Source of the DNA: a virus
Lineage: Duplodnaviria; Caudoviricetes
Reading direction: 5' to 3' (one strand)
Length of the DNA: 49,079 nt
Virus record (IMG/VR): IMGVR_UViG_3300038829_000052
Location: 1-49,079 of that record
Below, piece after piece: positions 1 through 8,669 of this stretch. Numbering within the stretch: position 1 is the first letter of the stretch; every line of letters starts with the position of its first letter. Under the pieces are notes generated by a model. That model did not search any database. It had not been told where the DNA came from and saw only the letters and a list, made by a program, of their open reading frames with translations. The position numbers and the translations under genes were made by a program.

Positions 1-8
1 CCCTTGAC
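1..8. repeat. Terminal overlap cccttgac, identical to 49072-49079 (circular assembly)
   Basis: Identical 8-mer at both ends, and a reading frame is restored across the join. Confidence 0.85.
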
Positions 9-1358
9 GTTGGGGTTAACCTGACCGCTCAAGAACGTCACGTTTGCGATGCCCTCGATATATTTGCCAGCAGCGCCGCCTGTTCCGCCAGGGCCGCCCG
101 CCGCGCCGACGCCCGCCGCGCCAGAAGAACCGGGCGCGCCGGGGGCTCCACCAGTGCCGCCAGTGGCCGCATCGTTGAATGTCGTATCCCCGACGCCGCC
201 CGCGCCGCCTGCTGTGGCCGTGCCACTAGAGCCAGCCGTCGAGCCAAGCACCCCACCGGCAGCGCCGCCCGTTCCAACGGCAGTACCACCACCGCCGCCG
301 CCGCCGCCGCCGCCGTAATTGACCGCCGGCTCGGTCCCCGCTTGTGTGCCGCCGCCGCCGCCGCCACCACCGCCACCGCCCCAAATCTCACCGGCAGCAT
401 TCGTAATCGTGGTTGGCTTGTTGACTTTTAGAGCCGTCCCGCCCGCACTACCGGCAGAGCCGGCGCTATTCGCCCCCTGCCCACCAGCACCACCGGTCCC
501 GCCACCACCGACGATCCTGCCGTTATTCGTGATTTCCCAAACAGTCCCGGCGGGGAACGAAGCAGAAGTGAGATCAATGTCGGCGACGATGACACTGGAA
601 TTAACGACGATGACTCCGGTAAAAGCGCTCGTCCCGTCCCACCCGGCGGCGACGAACTTCGACGCCATGTTGGGGCTGTTTTCGGAAGACGAAAACGTAA
701 CGGTGAATGAACTGGTCGGGCTTGAGCCGGAAGTCGCGACCGTGGCTGAAGAAGCATTGCCGATGTAGTACTGCACCCGACCTAGAAAATTGCCGCCCGC
801 CGTAGCATCAATGCCGGCAGCGTAAATGGCGCCAGCCACGCCTTGAAGACGTGCCGCAAAGACATTGGTAAGAGGATAAACTCCATTACCAGAAACCGTA
901 ATCGTCCCGAAGTAGTTCAGGGCATCCACATTGCCAATATTGACGACCGAACCACCATCAGCCGAAGACGCCCGTAGAACATTCACGAAAAGCCCGGTGA
1001 TCCCTGAATTCGCGGGGAGTAGCGCGATCTGTGCCGTGGCCGAAGCGGCAACCGTGGCCTCCTGATTGACGACCGGGAAGCCACGGGAATCCGCCGCCGT
1101 GGTTGCAGCAGACGTGCCCAGCCGGATAACGCCTGTTAAGGTCGCGGCGGAAGCCAAAAGGATTTGACGAATCGTGACCTCGCCCGCAGAGACGGCGGGA
1201 GACACGAGATCGGGCATCGACAATTCAGAATTGAAAACCTGAGCTACAGAAGCATCGAGATTGGCAATCGAATCGATCGTGTCCACAAGAGCGCGGTTTG
1301 ATACGCTCTTGCCGGTCTCGAAATATCTCCTGAGGGTTGGGCGGCCGAGGACTGCCAC
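1..1358 (-). CDS. Glycine-rich tail fibre/spike-like virion protein (~456 aa). Wraps the circular junction and ends at TAA 49059-49061
   Basis: Translated by hand from GTG at 1358: VAVLGRPTLRRYFETG...poly-Gly/GGAGG tracts...NPNVKG, continuing across the 8-nt terminal overlap as GTS*. The TAA overlaps the ATG of the 49059 gene. The N-terminus is paralogous to 48451-49059. Absent from the ORF track because it runs off the edge. Confidence 0.85.
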   Translation of the reverse strand, partial: MAVLGRPTLRRYFETGKSVSNRALVDTIDSIANLDASVAQVFNSELSMPDLVSPAVSAGEVTIRQILLASAATLTGVIRLGTSAATTAADSRGFPVVNQEATVAASATAQIALLPANSGITGLFVNVLRASSADGGSVVNIGNVDALNYFGTITVSGNGVYPLTNVFAARLQGVAGAIYAAGIDATAGGNFLGRVQYYIGNASSATVATSGSSPTSSFTVTFSSSENSPNMASKFVAAGWDGTSAFTGVIVVNSSVIVADIDLTSASFPAGTVWEITNNGRIVGGGGTGGAGGQGANSAGSAGSAGGTALKVNKPTTITNAAGEIWGGGGGGGGGGGTQAGTEPAVNYGGGGGGGGGGTAVGTGGAAGGVLGSTAGSSGTATAGGAGGVGDTTFNDAATGGTGGAPGAPGSSGAAGVGAAGGPGGTGGAAGKYIEGIANVTFLSGQVNPNVK

Positions 1359-1360
1359 GG

Positions 1361-1834
1361 CTACACCCTGAAATAGCCGATGCCGACGACGAAGTTCGAT
1401 GCGGCAGTCGCGGTTGGGGCCGCCGCGATGACGGCACCGGAAGCCCTGATAAGGCGATTGACATTCGATATACTATCGAAGGAGGGGGCGTGGATTAAGG
1501 TTGTGCCGGAAGCGCCGCCGCCGGAAGTCGCGATGGTGGCGTAATAGTTTGGGTTGTTTCCAACACCAATTTCGACATCTGATCCACCTGCGTCGGCGGA
1601 AGACCCAACAAGCGACCTGACGTAAATATCGAAGATATTCACCGGCCCCGGCAGAAACGCCACCGTCGCCGTTGCCCTGCATGTTCCCTCTACATATTGA
1701 GGAATACCGAGAGATTTCAGCACCGTATGTTGCGTGATGATCTTGTTCGCATTTCCCCCGGACACAACGGGATAGAGCGTGCTCGCCTGCGCAGAAGCCG
1801 ATGAGACGAGGGCCGAGATTTTCCTATTGGGCAT
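1361..1834 (-). CDS. Virion structural/decoration protein (paralog family with 3915, 48451 and the fibre N-terminus)
   Basis: Shares VAFLP..NI..IYV, IG....NYYATI and terminal Y-[FY]-R segments. Lies in the late operon. Confidence 0.65.
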   Translation of the reverse strand: MPNRKISALVSSASAQASTLYPVVSGGNANKIITQHTVLKSLGIPQYVEGTCRATATVAFLPGPVNIFDIYVRSLVGSSADAGGSDVEIGVGNNPNYYATIATSGGGASGTTLIHAPSFDSISNVNRLIRASGAVIAAAPTATAASNFVVGIGYFRV

Positions 1835-1860
1835 CAGCGGCCACCATGGTAGATTGAGGG

Positions 1861-2205
1861 ATGCTCGCCGCGATTTGCCTTGCAGCGTCGCTTGCGTTCT
1901 GCCCCACGGTCGAGGTTCGTTACACCATGGGGCTTGCCCAAATGGACATGTACCGGGGCGTCATCGTCATCTCGCCCGCACTCGAACTGCGGAACGATTC
2001 CGAACGCGCCTATGTTTTCGCGCATGAGATCGGGCACGTCGTTCTTTTGTATTCCGGGTTGATCGGCATTCCTCTGGAAATTGCCGTCGATAAATGGGCG
2101 ATCCAAACCATGACCAAGCTCGGCTACGATTGCCGCGCTGTACGTCCTTTGATGCGGCGTATTCGTATTCCCGCCGAACGCATCGATGCGGTGGTTTGCC
2201 ATTAA
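1861..2205 (+). CDS. Small M48-like zinc metallopeptidase with a hydrophobic/signal-like N-terminus
   Basis: AYVFAHEIGH (HExxH), downstream E-I-A-V-D..A...M...GYD and ERI motifs typical of M48 peptidases. Antisense to the late operon. Confidence 0.75.
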   Translation: MLAAICLAASLAFCPTVEVRYTMGLAQMDMYRGVIVISPALELRNDSERAYVFAHEIGHVVLLYSGLIGIPLEIAVDKWAIQTMTKLGYDCRAVRPLMRRIRIPAERIDAVVCH

Positions 2206-2516
2206 CGCACCGTGATCGTTTCCGAGAGGATGCAAAAATCGGCGTTGTCCTCCAACCCAAAGCGTTGAACACCGTTCTCCTGAACCAGATAGTCGCCGCC
2301 GGCCGCAAGAGTTGCGCGCTCGCGGGTGTCCCTGAGTGCAACCGGATCGCGGCGGGCCTTCACATCCAACTGCGGATGGCGCCCGTCCAGATTATCGCGA
2401 TGGCGCATCTGGCCATCCCAGTCGCGCGCCATTTCTGAGGCGTAATGAGTCAAGCCCGATTCGTCGTCGATAACCAGATGGTCTCCGGGTTTCCAGGTGT
2501 TCCTCAACACGTACAC
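2202..2516 (-). CDS. Conserved phage late protein (GD..VIDD.SG...ASE....WDG......RHPQ type)
   Basis: Motif pattern recalled from podovirus head-tail regions. Coupled to neighbours. Confidence 0.55.
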   Translation of the reverse strand: MYVLRNTWKPGDHLVIDDESGLTHYASEMARDWDGQMRHRDNLDGRHPQLDVKARRDPVALRDTRERATLAAGGDYLVQENGVQRFGLEDNADFCILSETITVR

Positions 2517-3004
2517 TCCTGAAATTCGATTTCCCGAAGCCAGACGTTCGAGGGAGTGGAGATACCAACCTTGACGAGCCTTACATTCGTACCGCCGAGC
2601 GTGAGGCCGGTTATAGCGAAAGCAGCGCTGGTATTCCCGCTGACGCCGATGACGTTTGAGAGTTCCCCGCCAAGCCTCACCTGAAAATCGCCGAAATCGA
2701 ACACCCCACCGACCTTGAACGTGATGCTGTTGATGAGCTTGTTGGTTGCGTGTTCGAAATCGATGTAATCGCCGCTGGCGAAAGCGAGCGGCACATCGAC
2801 GGAATCGGTGCCGTTGTCTCCAATCCCGCCATCCACGAGATTGCTATAGGTTCCCGCATCCCAAACGATGTTGCCGGAAACCGTTATCGAAGCCGAGCGG
2901 TCCCCGCTCACCGTGACCGGCGTGCAGCCGCATGCACCAGCACCCGCAGCAGCGCCGCCCCAACCGAGTCCTAGGCGCCCGTCGGAAGGCCCAAAATAGC
3001 TCAC
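2504..3004 (-). CDS. Putative virion protein with a beta-sandwich/carbohydrate-binding-like domain
   Basis: Beta-rich composition, NLVDG and LREIEF segments reminiscent of discoidin-like folds. Late operon. Confidence 0.45.
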   Translation of the reverse strand: MSYFGPSDGRLGLGWGGAAAGAGACGCTPVTVSGDRSASITVSGNIVWDAGTYSNLVDGGIGDNGTDSVDVPLAFASGDYIDFEHATNKLINSITFKVGGVFDFGDFQVRLGGELSNVIGVSGNTSAAFAITGLTLGGTNVRLVKVGISTPSNVWLREIEFQECTC

Positions 3005-3005
3005 G

Positions 3006-3557
3006 TCAGTACCAGTAGACGGCGCCGCGGATTCCCACGCCCGCCGAGACGTTGACGGAGAAATTCTTCGTCCCGGTCGTCACGAACCAGGGCGAATCCG
3101 ACTTGTCCAACACGATGCTGCCTTTGTCTGCGATGAACATCGGGCCGGTCAGGTCATTCGATGAAGCCGCCGCAGAGGCGAGCCGGAAAGTCACGTTCGC
3201 CGCCGAATTGAACACGAGGAACAGACGGCTGATCCGCGCAACACCCGAAGCAGGAGCCGAAACGAGAGCATAGTTCCCGGCGGAAGCACCGGAGACGTTG
3301 ATCGAAATCCGGGCTTCGGCTTGAGCACCATCAACGATATGCGACGCTGGAAGAGCGAAGTAGGCCGTCACTCTGCCCCCAACGGCACGGGCAGAGACAG
3401 TCATCACGCCGGATTGCGCCGAAACGTCAACGGTGTTGCGAACCGAAGTTGCAATACTCCCCGTATTGGCGCTGACCGGGGTAACGCCCGAACTGACCTC
3501 GACCGTTCCGGTGATGGACGCGGAAACCAGGACGTTTCGCGTGATGCTGAGGGTCAT
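3006..3557 (-). CDS. Ser/Ala/Val-rich virion structural protein
   Basis: Downstream of the capsid gene. Contains six VSA motifs. Confidence 0.6.
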   Translation of the reverse strand: MTLSITRNVLVSASITGTVEVSSGVTPVSANTGSIATSVRNTVDVSAQSGVMTVSARAVGGRVTAYFALPASHIVDGAQAEARISINVSGASAGNYALVSAPASGVARISRLFLVFNSAANVTFRLASAAASSNDLTGPMFIADKGSIVLDKSDSPWFVTTGTKNFSVNVSAGVGIRGAVYWY

Positions 3558-3907
3558 TACGGATCACCCTGCGTAACGGTGAAGATGATCGCGTTCGACC
3601 CGGAAGTGGCGGGCGTGACCCAAAGACGAACGGCCCTTATGGGGGCAACGTAGTTCCCGTCCGTGTTGACTGCCGCACCGGAAGCGTCGGGATGCGGCAT
3701 GGTCTGAGCCCGGGCAACCGAGGCTTCGGCGAGGATCGGCTGTTGGGTGCTTTCAACCGTGTAATCGGCGCCCATCGGGCCGATGACCTGAACGCCCCAA
3801 CTCACGGGCCGGAAGGGAGACCCGTGTACATCCACGGGCACCCAAGCCTGTGCCCCCGAGACCCCGGCGGAGACCGCCGAGACCAGGACGCGGTGATAAA
3901 CCGCCAT
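3557..3907 (-). CDS. Virion structural protein
   Basis: Late operon, coupled stop/start, beta-rich. Confidence 0.6.
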   Translation of the reverse strand: MAVYHRVLVSAVSAGVSGAQAWVPVDVHGSPFRPVSWGVQVIGPMGADYTVESTQQPILAEASVARAQTMPHPDASGAAVNTDGNYVAPIRAVRLWVTPATSGSNAIIFTVTQGDP

Positions 3908-3914
3908 GGGACAC

Positions 3915-4400
3915 CTACCGCTGGAAGTAGCTGATGTAGAGTCGCCCGCCAGCGTGGGTGATGCCGCCGGAAACCGAGGTGAGAGCCGTGCAGTCCACGA
4001 AGACCTGGGTATCCGCCGTTACCGCCGTGCCAATCCAGCTTGCCGCCGACGCTACGGAAGGCAGATTGATAGGATTGCCACCAACCGGGTAGACGCCGAT
4101 GGCCGAGGTCTTGATCGTGGCGAAGTAAGCGTCATTGCCAGCAACCCGACCAACACGCCAGCTGATGCCCTGCGACTGGATCGAGGTCGCCGCCGAAGCG
4201 GCGCTGACCAAGTGCAGCGACATGGCGAGAATGTCGGAGTTCGCGGGAATGATGATACTCGTAGCACCCGAGGCCGTGCCCGCGAGAGAGGCAACCTGAG
4301 TGACCGCGGCGTGGCCAATGGTCGAAGTGGCCGTCGCACCTGTATCCACGCCGGTCTGGAGCGGGCCTGCCCAGCGGGTGCCGATTGATGTCCTACGCAT
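3915..4400 (-). CDS. Putative head decoration protein
   Basis: First gene after the major capsid gene. IPANSDI/YFATI motifs are shared with paralogs. Confidence 0.6.
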   Translation of the reverse strand: MRRTSIGTRWAGPLQTGVDTGATATSTIGHAAVTQVASLAGTASGATSIIIPANSDILAMSLHLVSAASAATSIQSQGISWRVGRVAGNDAYFATIKTSAIGVYPVGGNPINLPSVASAASWIGTAVTADTQVFVDCTALTSVSGGITHAGGRLYISYFQR

Positions 4401-4460
4401 TGGATTTCTTTCACGCGGCCATTATCACCAGTGGCCGCAGGCTGGATCACTTGTCGAAAT

Positions 4461-4492
4461 GGCGGGAGGGTCGTTTTAGTAACCCTCCCGCC
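4461..4492 (-). terminator. Hairpin (probable partial terminator/stabiliser) after the major capsid gene
   Basis: ggcgggagggt-N10-accctcccgcc, an 11-bp perfect stem followed by a short U tract on the minus strand. Confidence 0.65.
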
Positions 4493-4500
4493 AAACCCGG

Positions 4501-5394
4501 TTAAGCGCCGGGGGAGCCGTAAACGCCGTGCGGGTCTGTCCAGCCAGACGCAAACCGCATCGTGGTCAACATCTGGAGGTTCTGGGTCGAGAACTCGTTG
4601 TCTCGCTCCGCCTGCGGCTGGCGGCGCCAGTAGTGGGTCATCCCGTTCTTTGCGCTCGTGATGATCTGCCACTGGTCGCTGTCGGTCAGGTAGGGTGAAA
4701 CCACGACGCTCAGGGAGCCGGCGATGACGTTCTTCGTGTTGTCCGCCGAATCCACGATCTTCTCGGTCTCCATGATCTTCCGCGCCGTGAACTGTAGAGC
4801 GGTCGGGACCAGGAGCTTCATGGGCTTCAAGTTCATGCGGAGGCCCATGTCATCGACGTAGTTCGAGATGTCGATGAACGCCTGTTCCAGTGCCGTCTGC
4901 GTCAGATCGGAAGCGGTCGCGAGGATGTTGGAGTACGTCCCGCCGCCGGCAAGGTTGTGCGATCCGCTGAACAGGATGACCCCGTCCGCGCCCGTAAAAC
5001 CAGCCGTGTAGCCGTTATTGAAGTGGTTGGTGTTGACGGTCTCCAGGGTTTGACTCATGGAATCCGACAACATCCCGGGGATGGAGTTGATGTAGTTGTA
5101 CTGATCGTCCTCCGACATTTCCCGAGTAACCACCGCACCGAGGGCGTACGTGGCGTTCACGTATTCCTTCGGAAAGCCCTGCATCGGATCGGTGAACAGG
5201 GAGGGAGCGCCCTGTTCCTTGATCGCTGCAAGGCCGAGGCGCGTGACGCCAAGTTCCTTTTCGTAGGCTTTGTTCGACTCCTTGATCGTGAACAGTTGGG
5301 ACCAGATCGGCGCCCAGCGTTCGTACTCGTGACCCCAGAGGTCCGCGAGTCCGGGCCAGAGGAGGTCGGCAAAGTTGCCAGTTGTCGTCGTCAT
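4501..5394 (-). CDS. Major capsid protein
   Basis: 297 aa, LLWPGL..LWG.EY N-terminus, KLLVP..L, VSPYLTD, W...GVYGSPGA C-terminus of the HK97-fold Mu-gpT-like capsid family. Follows the scaffold gene. Confidence 0.9.
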   Translation of the reverse strand: MTTTTGNFADLLWPGLADLWGHEYERWAPIWSQLFTIKESNKAYEKELGVTRLGLAAIKEQGAPSLFTDPMQGFPKEYVNATYALGAVVTREMSEDDQYNYINSIPGMLSDSMSQTLETVNTNHFNNGYTAGFTGADGVILFSGSHNLAGGGTYSNILATASDLTQTALEQAFIDISNYVDDMGLRMNLKPMKLLVPTALQFTARKIMETEKIVDSADNTKNVIAGSLSVVVSPYLTDSDQWQIITSAKNGMTHYWRRQPQAERDNEFSTQNLQMLTTMRFASGWTDPHGVYGSPGA

Positions 5395-5408
5395 TGTGTG
5401 ACCTCCTA

Positions 5409-6005
5409 TTAGGCGTCGGCAGCTTCAAGCGGGCCCTGGATTCGGGTAGCGCGCCTGAAGACATGGTTGGAAATGCGAACGAGCACGTTGTTCGCCGAAC
5501 CGCCGACACGATCTACTTCCGTGGGAGCGAGGGAGTAGATTTGGAGCGGATGACCCGCAGCAGTCGCGACGGGCGAGGCGACACGCTGGCCGCCGTTGCC
5601 GTTCGCCGTGACCGGGGCGCCCGTGACGATTGTCACGAACTGACCCATGTTGGAGGGACCGACCGAAGCCAGAATCTCGGCCTCGAACAGCGCATCCGGG
5701 TCGTCGCAGACCAAGACGTAAGCTGACGCCGAAACGCCAATCATCTTGTTGGCTTCGTGCGTGAGCGGGCGCCGATCCGCGTTGAAAAGTCCGACGATGA
5801 CGCCCAAAGCAGCGGGCGCGTTCGCGGTCGTGATCGCGTTCTGATAACGCTGAACCTTCCGGTTTGCGTCGTAGAACACCAAGTCCCCGAGCATGAGAAT
5901 ATTGGTGTTGGACCCTGTGGGGTACATGTTCGCCGCAGCGGGCGGTTGTCCGTCCTGGCGGCGAGCCGGTACTAGACCACGGGCGTTAACGCCTGTCGTA
6001 GCCAT
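5409..6005 (-). CDS. Capsid-associated (cement/decoration) protein
   Basis: GLVP.R, GD.V, V.DDPD..FE and V.ISNH motifs typical of the gene preceding this capsid type. Confidence 0.65.
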   Translation of the reverse strand: MATTGVNARGLVPARRQDGQPPAAANMYPTGSNTNILMLGDLVFYDANRKVQRYQNAITTANAPAALGVIVGLFNADRRPLTHEANKMIGVSASAYVLVCDDPDALFEAEILASVGPSNMGQFVTIVTGAPVTANGNGGQRVASPVATAAGHPLQIYSLAPTEVDRVGGSANNVLVRISNHVFRRATRIQGPLEAADA

Positions 6006-6012
6006 ATTTCAC

Positions 6013-6441
6013 CTATTCGATGACTGTGATAACTGTTTTGCCGTAGATTTTCGCCGCCATTCCGCCGCTAGCCCGTTTCCGGTTATCGGCTTCCGCTTTG
6101 TCCCGCAGTCCCGCCGTCTGTCGCCGCGTTTGCTCGTTGAAGAATTCTCGGTGTTCCTGATAGTCTTCGTCTGGTAGAAGGCAGAGAACCGATCCTCGGT
6201 ACTCCGTTACCGTATCCAGATTGCTTCCGTCCTCGATATGACCCGGGCGGTCGTGGAGATTCTTGGAGCCCGTGACCTGCGAATACGGAACCCAGCCGTC
6301 CGCGCGTCGGCGCGCGTAATTGGCGGGGTCCTGTGTGTTCACCCATCGGCTCTGATAGCCGGGGACGTGTTCGGTATTGAGAAGGGCCGAGGGTTTCCAG
6401 GACTTCTTGCCCTTCTTGGCTTCTTTGACAGTTTCCGTCAT
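6013..6441 (-). CDS. Conserved head-region protein (true start MTETVKE at 6441)
   Basis: W.P..L...PGY..RWVN....N...R...GW.P motif. ATGA overlap with the scaffold stop. Confidence 0.7.
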   Translation of the reverse strand: MTETVKEAKKGKKSWKPSALLNTEHVPGYQSRWVNTQDPANYARRRADGWVPYSQVTGSKNLHDRPGHIEDGSNLDTVTEYRGSVLCLLPDEDYQEHREFFNEQTRRQTAGLRDKAEADNRKRASGGMAAKIYGKTVITVIE

Positions 6442-7241
6442 TTCGTCCTCATGAGCGCCTTCTGCGCTGCGTAAGCCTTGTAGCGATCCGCCGGGTCTTT
6501 CCGGTGAGCCAGCATCCGGTCGGCGTGGAATTTCTCCTCCGCCGTCAACTCGTCCTTCTGCGCCGGACCCTTCATCTGCGAAGTGCTCAGAACCGCCGGG
6601 GTCCGGGCCGCGCCGTTCGGCTTCTGCATGTGATTGTCGAGTTCCATCAGCAGAAACGGCAGGGTTGATTCGTTGAGGGATCGTCCCTCCTGTTCCCAGC
6701 GCTCCTTGATCTTGAACAACAGCCCCGTCGCCTTGGGGTTGTCGGGGCTGTCCGGGATGATCCACGGGCGCTTGAGTTCGCCATTTTCGTTTGTTTCGAC
6801 GGCCCATTTCTCGGCTCCCGCTTTCCACCACTCGACCGGCTTCGCTTCTGGCTTGGCAAGAGGTTTGTCGAGAGATGTAAGCTGGCTTACAAGTTTCAGT
6901 TCATCCTCAACCCGTCCTTCGTCCCTGGCGTTCTTGATCGCCTGGGTGATCTTCGCCTTGGTGTCCTCGGTCTTGTCCGTTTCGAGACGGGCGAGCCTTT
7001 CGTCGATAGCCTTCTGAAGATCGTCGTTGTGCTTCCGAAGGCCCTCACGCTCCTCTTTTCCGGCCTTGACTTGGTGGTAGAGGTAGCGAGTACGCGTATC
7101 GACCGCGGTTTTCTGCTCCGGTGTAAGGCCGAGCGCATCCCAATCGACCGGCTCATATCCGGGCGGCCTGGGTTTCTCGGTCGGCTCGGCTACCGGCGGC
7201 ACGACTGCCGACGGTGTCTCGGTCTTGGTTTCCTCGGTCAT
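6438..7241 (-). CDS. Scaffolding protein
   Basis: Charged coiled-coil protein between portal and capsid, with a C-terminal LT.EE..A...YKAYA helix pair. Confidence 0.75.
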   Translation of the reverse strand: MTEETKTETPSAVVPPVAEPTEKPRPPGYEPVDWDALGLTPEQKTAVDTRTRYLYHQVKAGKEEREGLRKHNDDLQKAIDERLARLETDKTEDTKAKITQAIKNARDEGRVEDELKLVSQLTSLDKPLAKPEAKPVEWWKAGAEKWAVETNENGELKRPWIIPDSPDNPKATGLLFKIKERWEQEGRSLNESTLPFLLMELDNHMQKPNGAARTPAVLSTSQMKGPAQKDELTAEEKFHADRMLAHRKDPADRYKAYAAQKALMRTK

Positions 7242-7504
7242 GTCTCAACCACGGCTATGATATCTTCCTCGGCAACTACGAACGTCTCGATGCCATCAAC
7301 CCGCAGTGTTGCTCCGGCGTGTTGCCCGAACAAAACCCTGTCGCCCTTCTTCACCGCTCCCGTGCATGTCGGCCCTACGGCCACTACCAGGCCCCGCGAA
7401 GGGGCGTTCCGGTCTCTTGCAGTTTCCGGGATGATGATGCTTCCGGCCTTCAGCTGTTCACGTTCGAGCAACACACGGTCGAACAACGGTCTCAGTTTCT
7501 CCAC
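7238..7504 (-). CDS. groES: Co-chaperonin GroES (Cpn10)
   Basis: LRPLFDRVLL, GSIIIPETA, GLVVAVGP, VKKGDRVLF, EEDIIAV. Confidence 0.93.
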   Translation of the reverse strand: MEKLRPLFDRVLLEREQLKAGSIIIPETARDRNAPSRGLVVAVGPTCTGAVKKGDRVLFGQHAGATLRVDGIETFVVAEEDIIAVVET

Positions 7505-7505
7505 G

Positions 7506-7976
7506 TTAACCTCTCAGGAGTGCACTCAGGAAAGACTCGGTTGAATCCGCCCTCGGCTGAACGCCGAAGACGTTTGACGCAAATTGTTTTTCGATGGGTA
7601 GAACGCCGCCCGGAAGACCCTTCGCGGGGTCGTATTCCGAGAGCAGAAGATTCTTGTAATAGTCCTTGGTCGCGGGGTCGCTGAACCGCGAATCGCCGGA
7701 TTGAGTCCCATACGTCGCGATCTGCGCGCGCTTCTGAAGGGATGTCATTCCGGGAGAGAAGCGAAGAAAGCCGGGCTCGTTCAGGGAACTCGGCTTCTGT
7801 CCTGCAATACCACTGGCAGTCAAATCGGCTGCTGGACCGGCGGGAACGGGGGCCGCCGCTGCGCCTGGGGTATCGATCGTATTCGGCTTCTTCGTGGAGT
7901 CGTAAATGCCCTTACCCGCCGACGCCACCGCCGCCAGGGCACCCATCACTCCAACGATTGTCGATATCGCCGCCAT
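7506..7976 (-). CDS. Putative internal virion/ejection-like protein
   Basis: Hydrophobic Ala/Gly N-terminus (MAAISTIVGVMGALAAVASAG) directly after the GNAT gene, as for podovirus internal proteins. Confidence 0.45.
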   Translation of the reverse strand: MAAISTIVGVMGALAAVASAGKGIYDSTKKPNTIDTPGAAAAPVPAGPAADLTASGIAGQKPSSLNEPGFLRFSPGMTSLQKRAQIATYGTQSGDSRFSDPATKDYYKNLLLSEYDPAKGLPGGVLPIEKQFASNVFGVQPRADSTESFLSALLRG

Positions 7977-8427
7977 CCCGAAGGTACTGACCGCCTATCG
8001 GATGAAAACCCATCCGACGATAGAACCTGTCAACCTTCTCGGGACGCAGGGCCGTATCTAGCCTGATCATTTGCCGCTTAAGACCAAGCGACTCGGCCCA
8101 CTCGACGAACGCGAGGATCAATCCCCGCGCCGTTTGGTAGCTCCGGTATTCGGGCGCTATATAAAACACGTCGTGCGCCGCAATCTTCATCGAGGTAAAG
8201 ATATACCCCGACACGAACCCATTGAGCCACCCGACAATATTAGAACCATTCTCGGCTACAATGCAACAGAATTTATCGGGGTGAGCAAAGACCGCCTCGG
8301 CGTTTGCCCGGAGCACCGCGCCATCTATAGGCGGATACCAAACGCGGCTTTCCAGCCGCATCCGTTCCCCGAGTTCGATCAGACGCGGTAAATCCTCAAT
8401 CCTTCCGTTTCTCAGCGAAGTACTCAA
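7912..8427 (-). CDS. GNAT-family acetyltransferase
   Basis: R.G..EDLPRL, IVG, FYIAPEYR, RFYRRMGF motifs. Confidence 0.85.
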   Translation of the reverse strand: MSTSLRNGRIEDLPRLIELGERMRLESRVWYPPIDGAVLRANAEAVFAHPDKFCCIVAENGSNIVGWLNGFVSGYIFTSMKIAAHDVFYIAPEYRSYQTARGLILAFVEWAESLGLKRQMIRLDTALRPEKVDRFYRRMGFHPIGGQYLRDGGDIDNRWSDGCPGGGGVGG

Positions 8428-8444
8428 GAATCCACCTCAGAACG

Positions 8445-8669
8445 TCATGCTGTCCCTTGAGTTGGGAATAACAGAAGCGGCGGCGCTTCCGTTTCGCCGC
8501 CAATTTTATACCATTCCTCATGACGCGCAGATTTGCGTCGGTGGCAATTGGCGCATCTGACCTCGCATTTGGCGATTTCGTCTATCAACAACTGGAGTCT
8601 GTAGGAGCGGGCGATTAATTCTGGAATTGTTGGGAATATTTCTGAGCCTACCCATTTTCCTCTCGTTCC
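8445..8669 (-). pseudogene. Truncated HNH endonuclease relic
   Basis: Hand translation gives ...LLIDEIAKCEVRCANCHRRKS..., a typical HNH C-terminus. An in-frame stop lies just upstream and there is no ATG or N-terminal half. Confidence 0.6.

Noticed and set aside
38-768. Pro-rich and Ala-rich ORFs in the track (49-318, 319-768, 38-400, 428-757)
   Set aside because: These are shadows of the Gly-rich minus-strand fibre gene that runs off the window edge.
6442-6831. N-terminal extension of ORF 6013-6831
   Set aside because: It overlaps the scaffold gene out of frame. The ATGA-coupled start at 6441 is more plausible.
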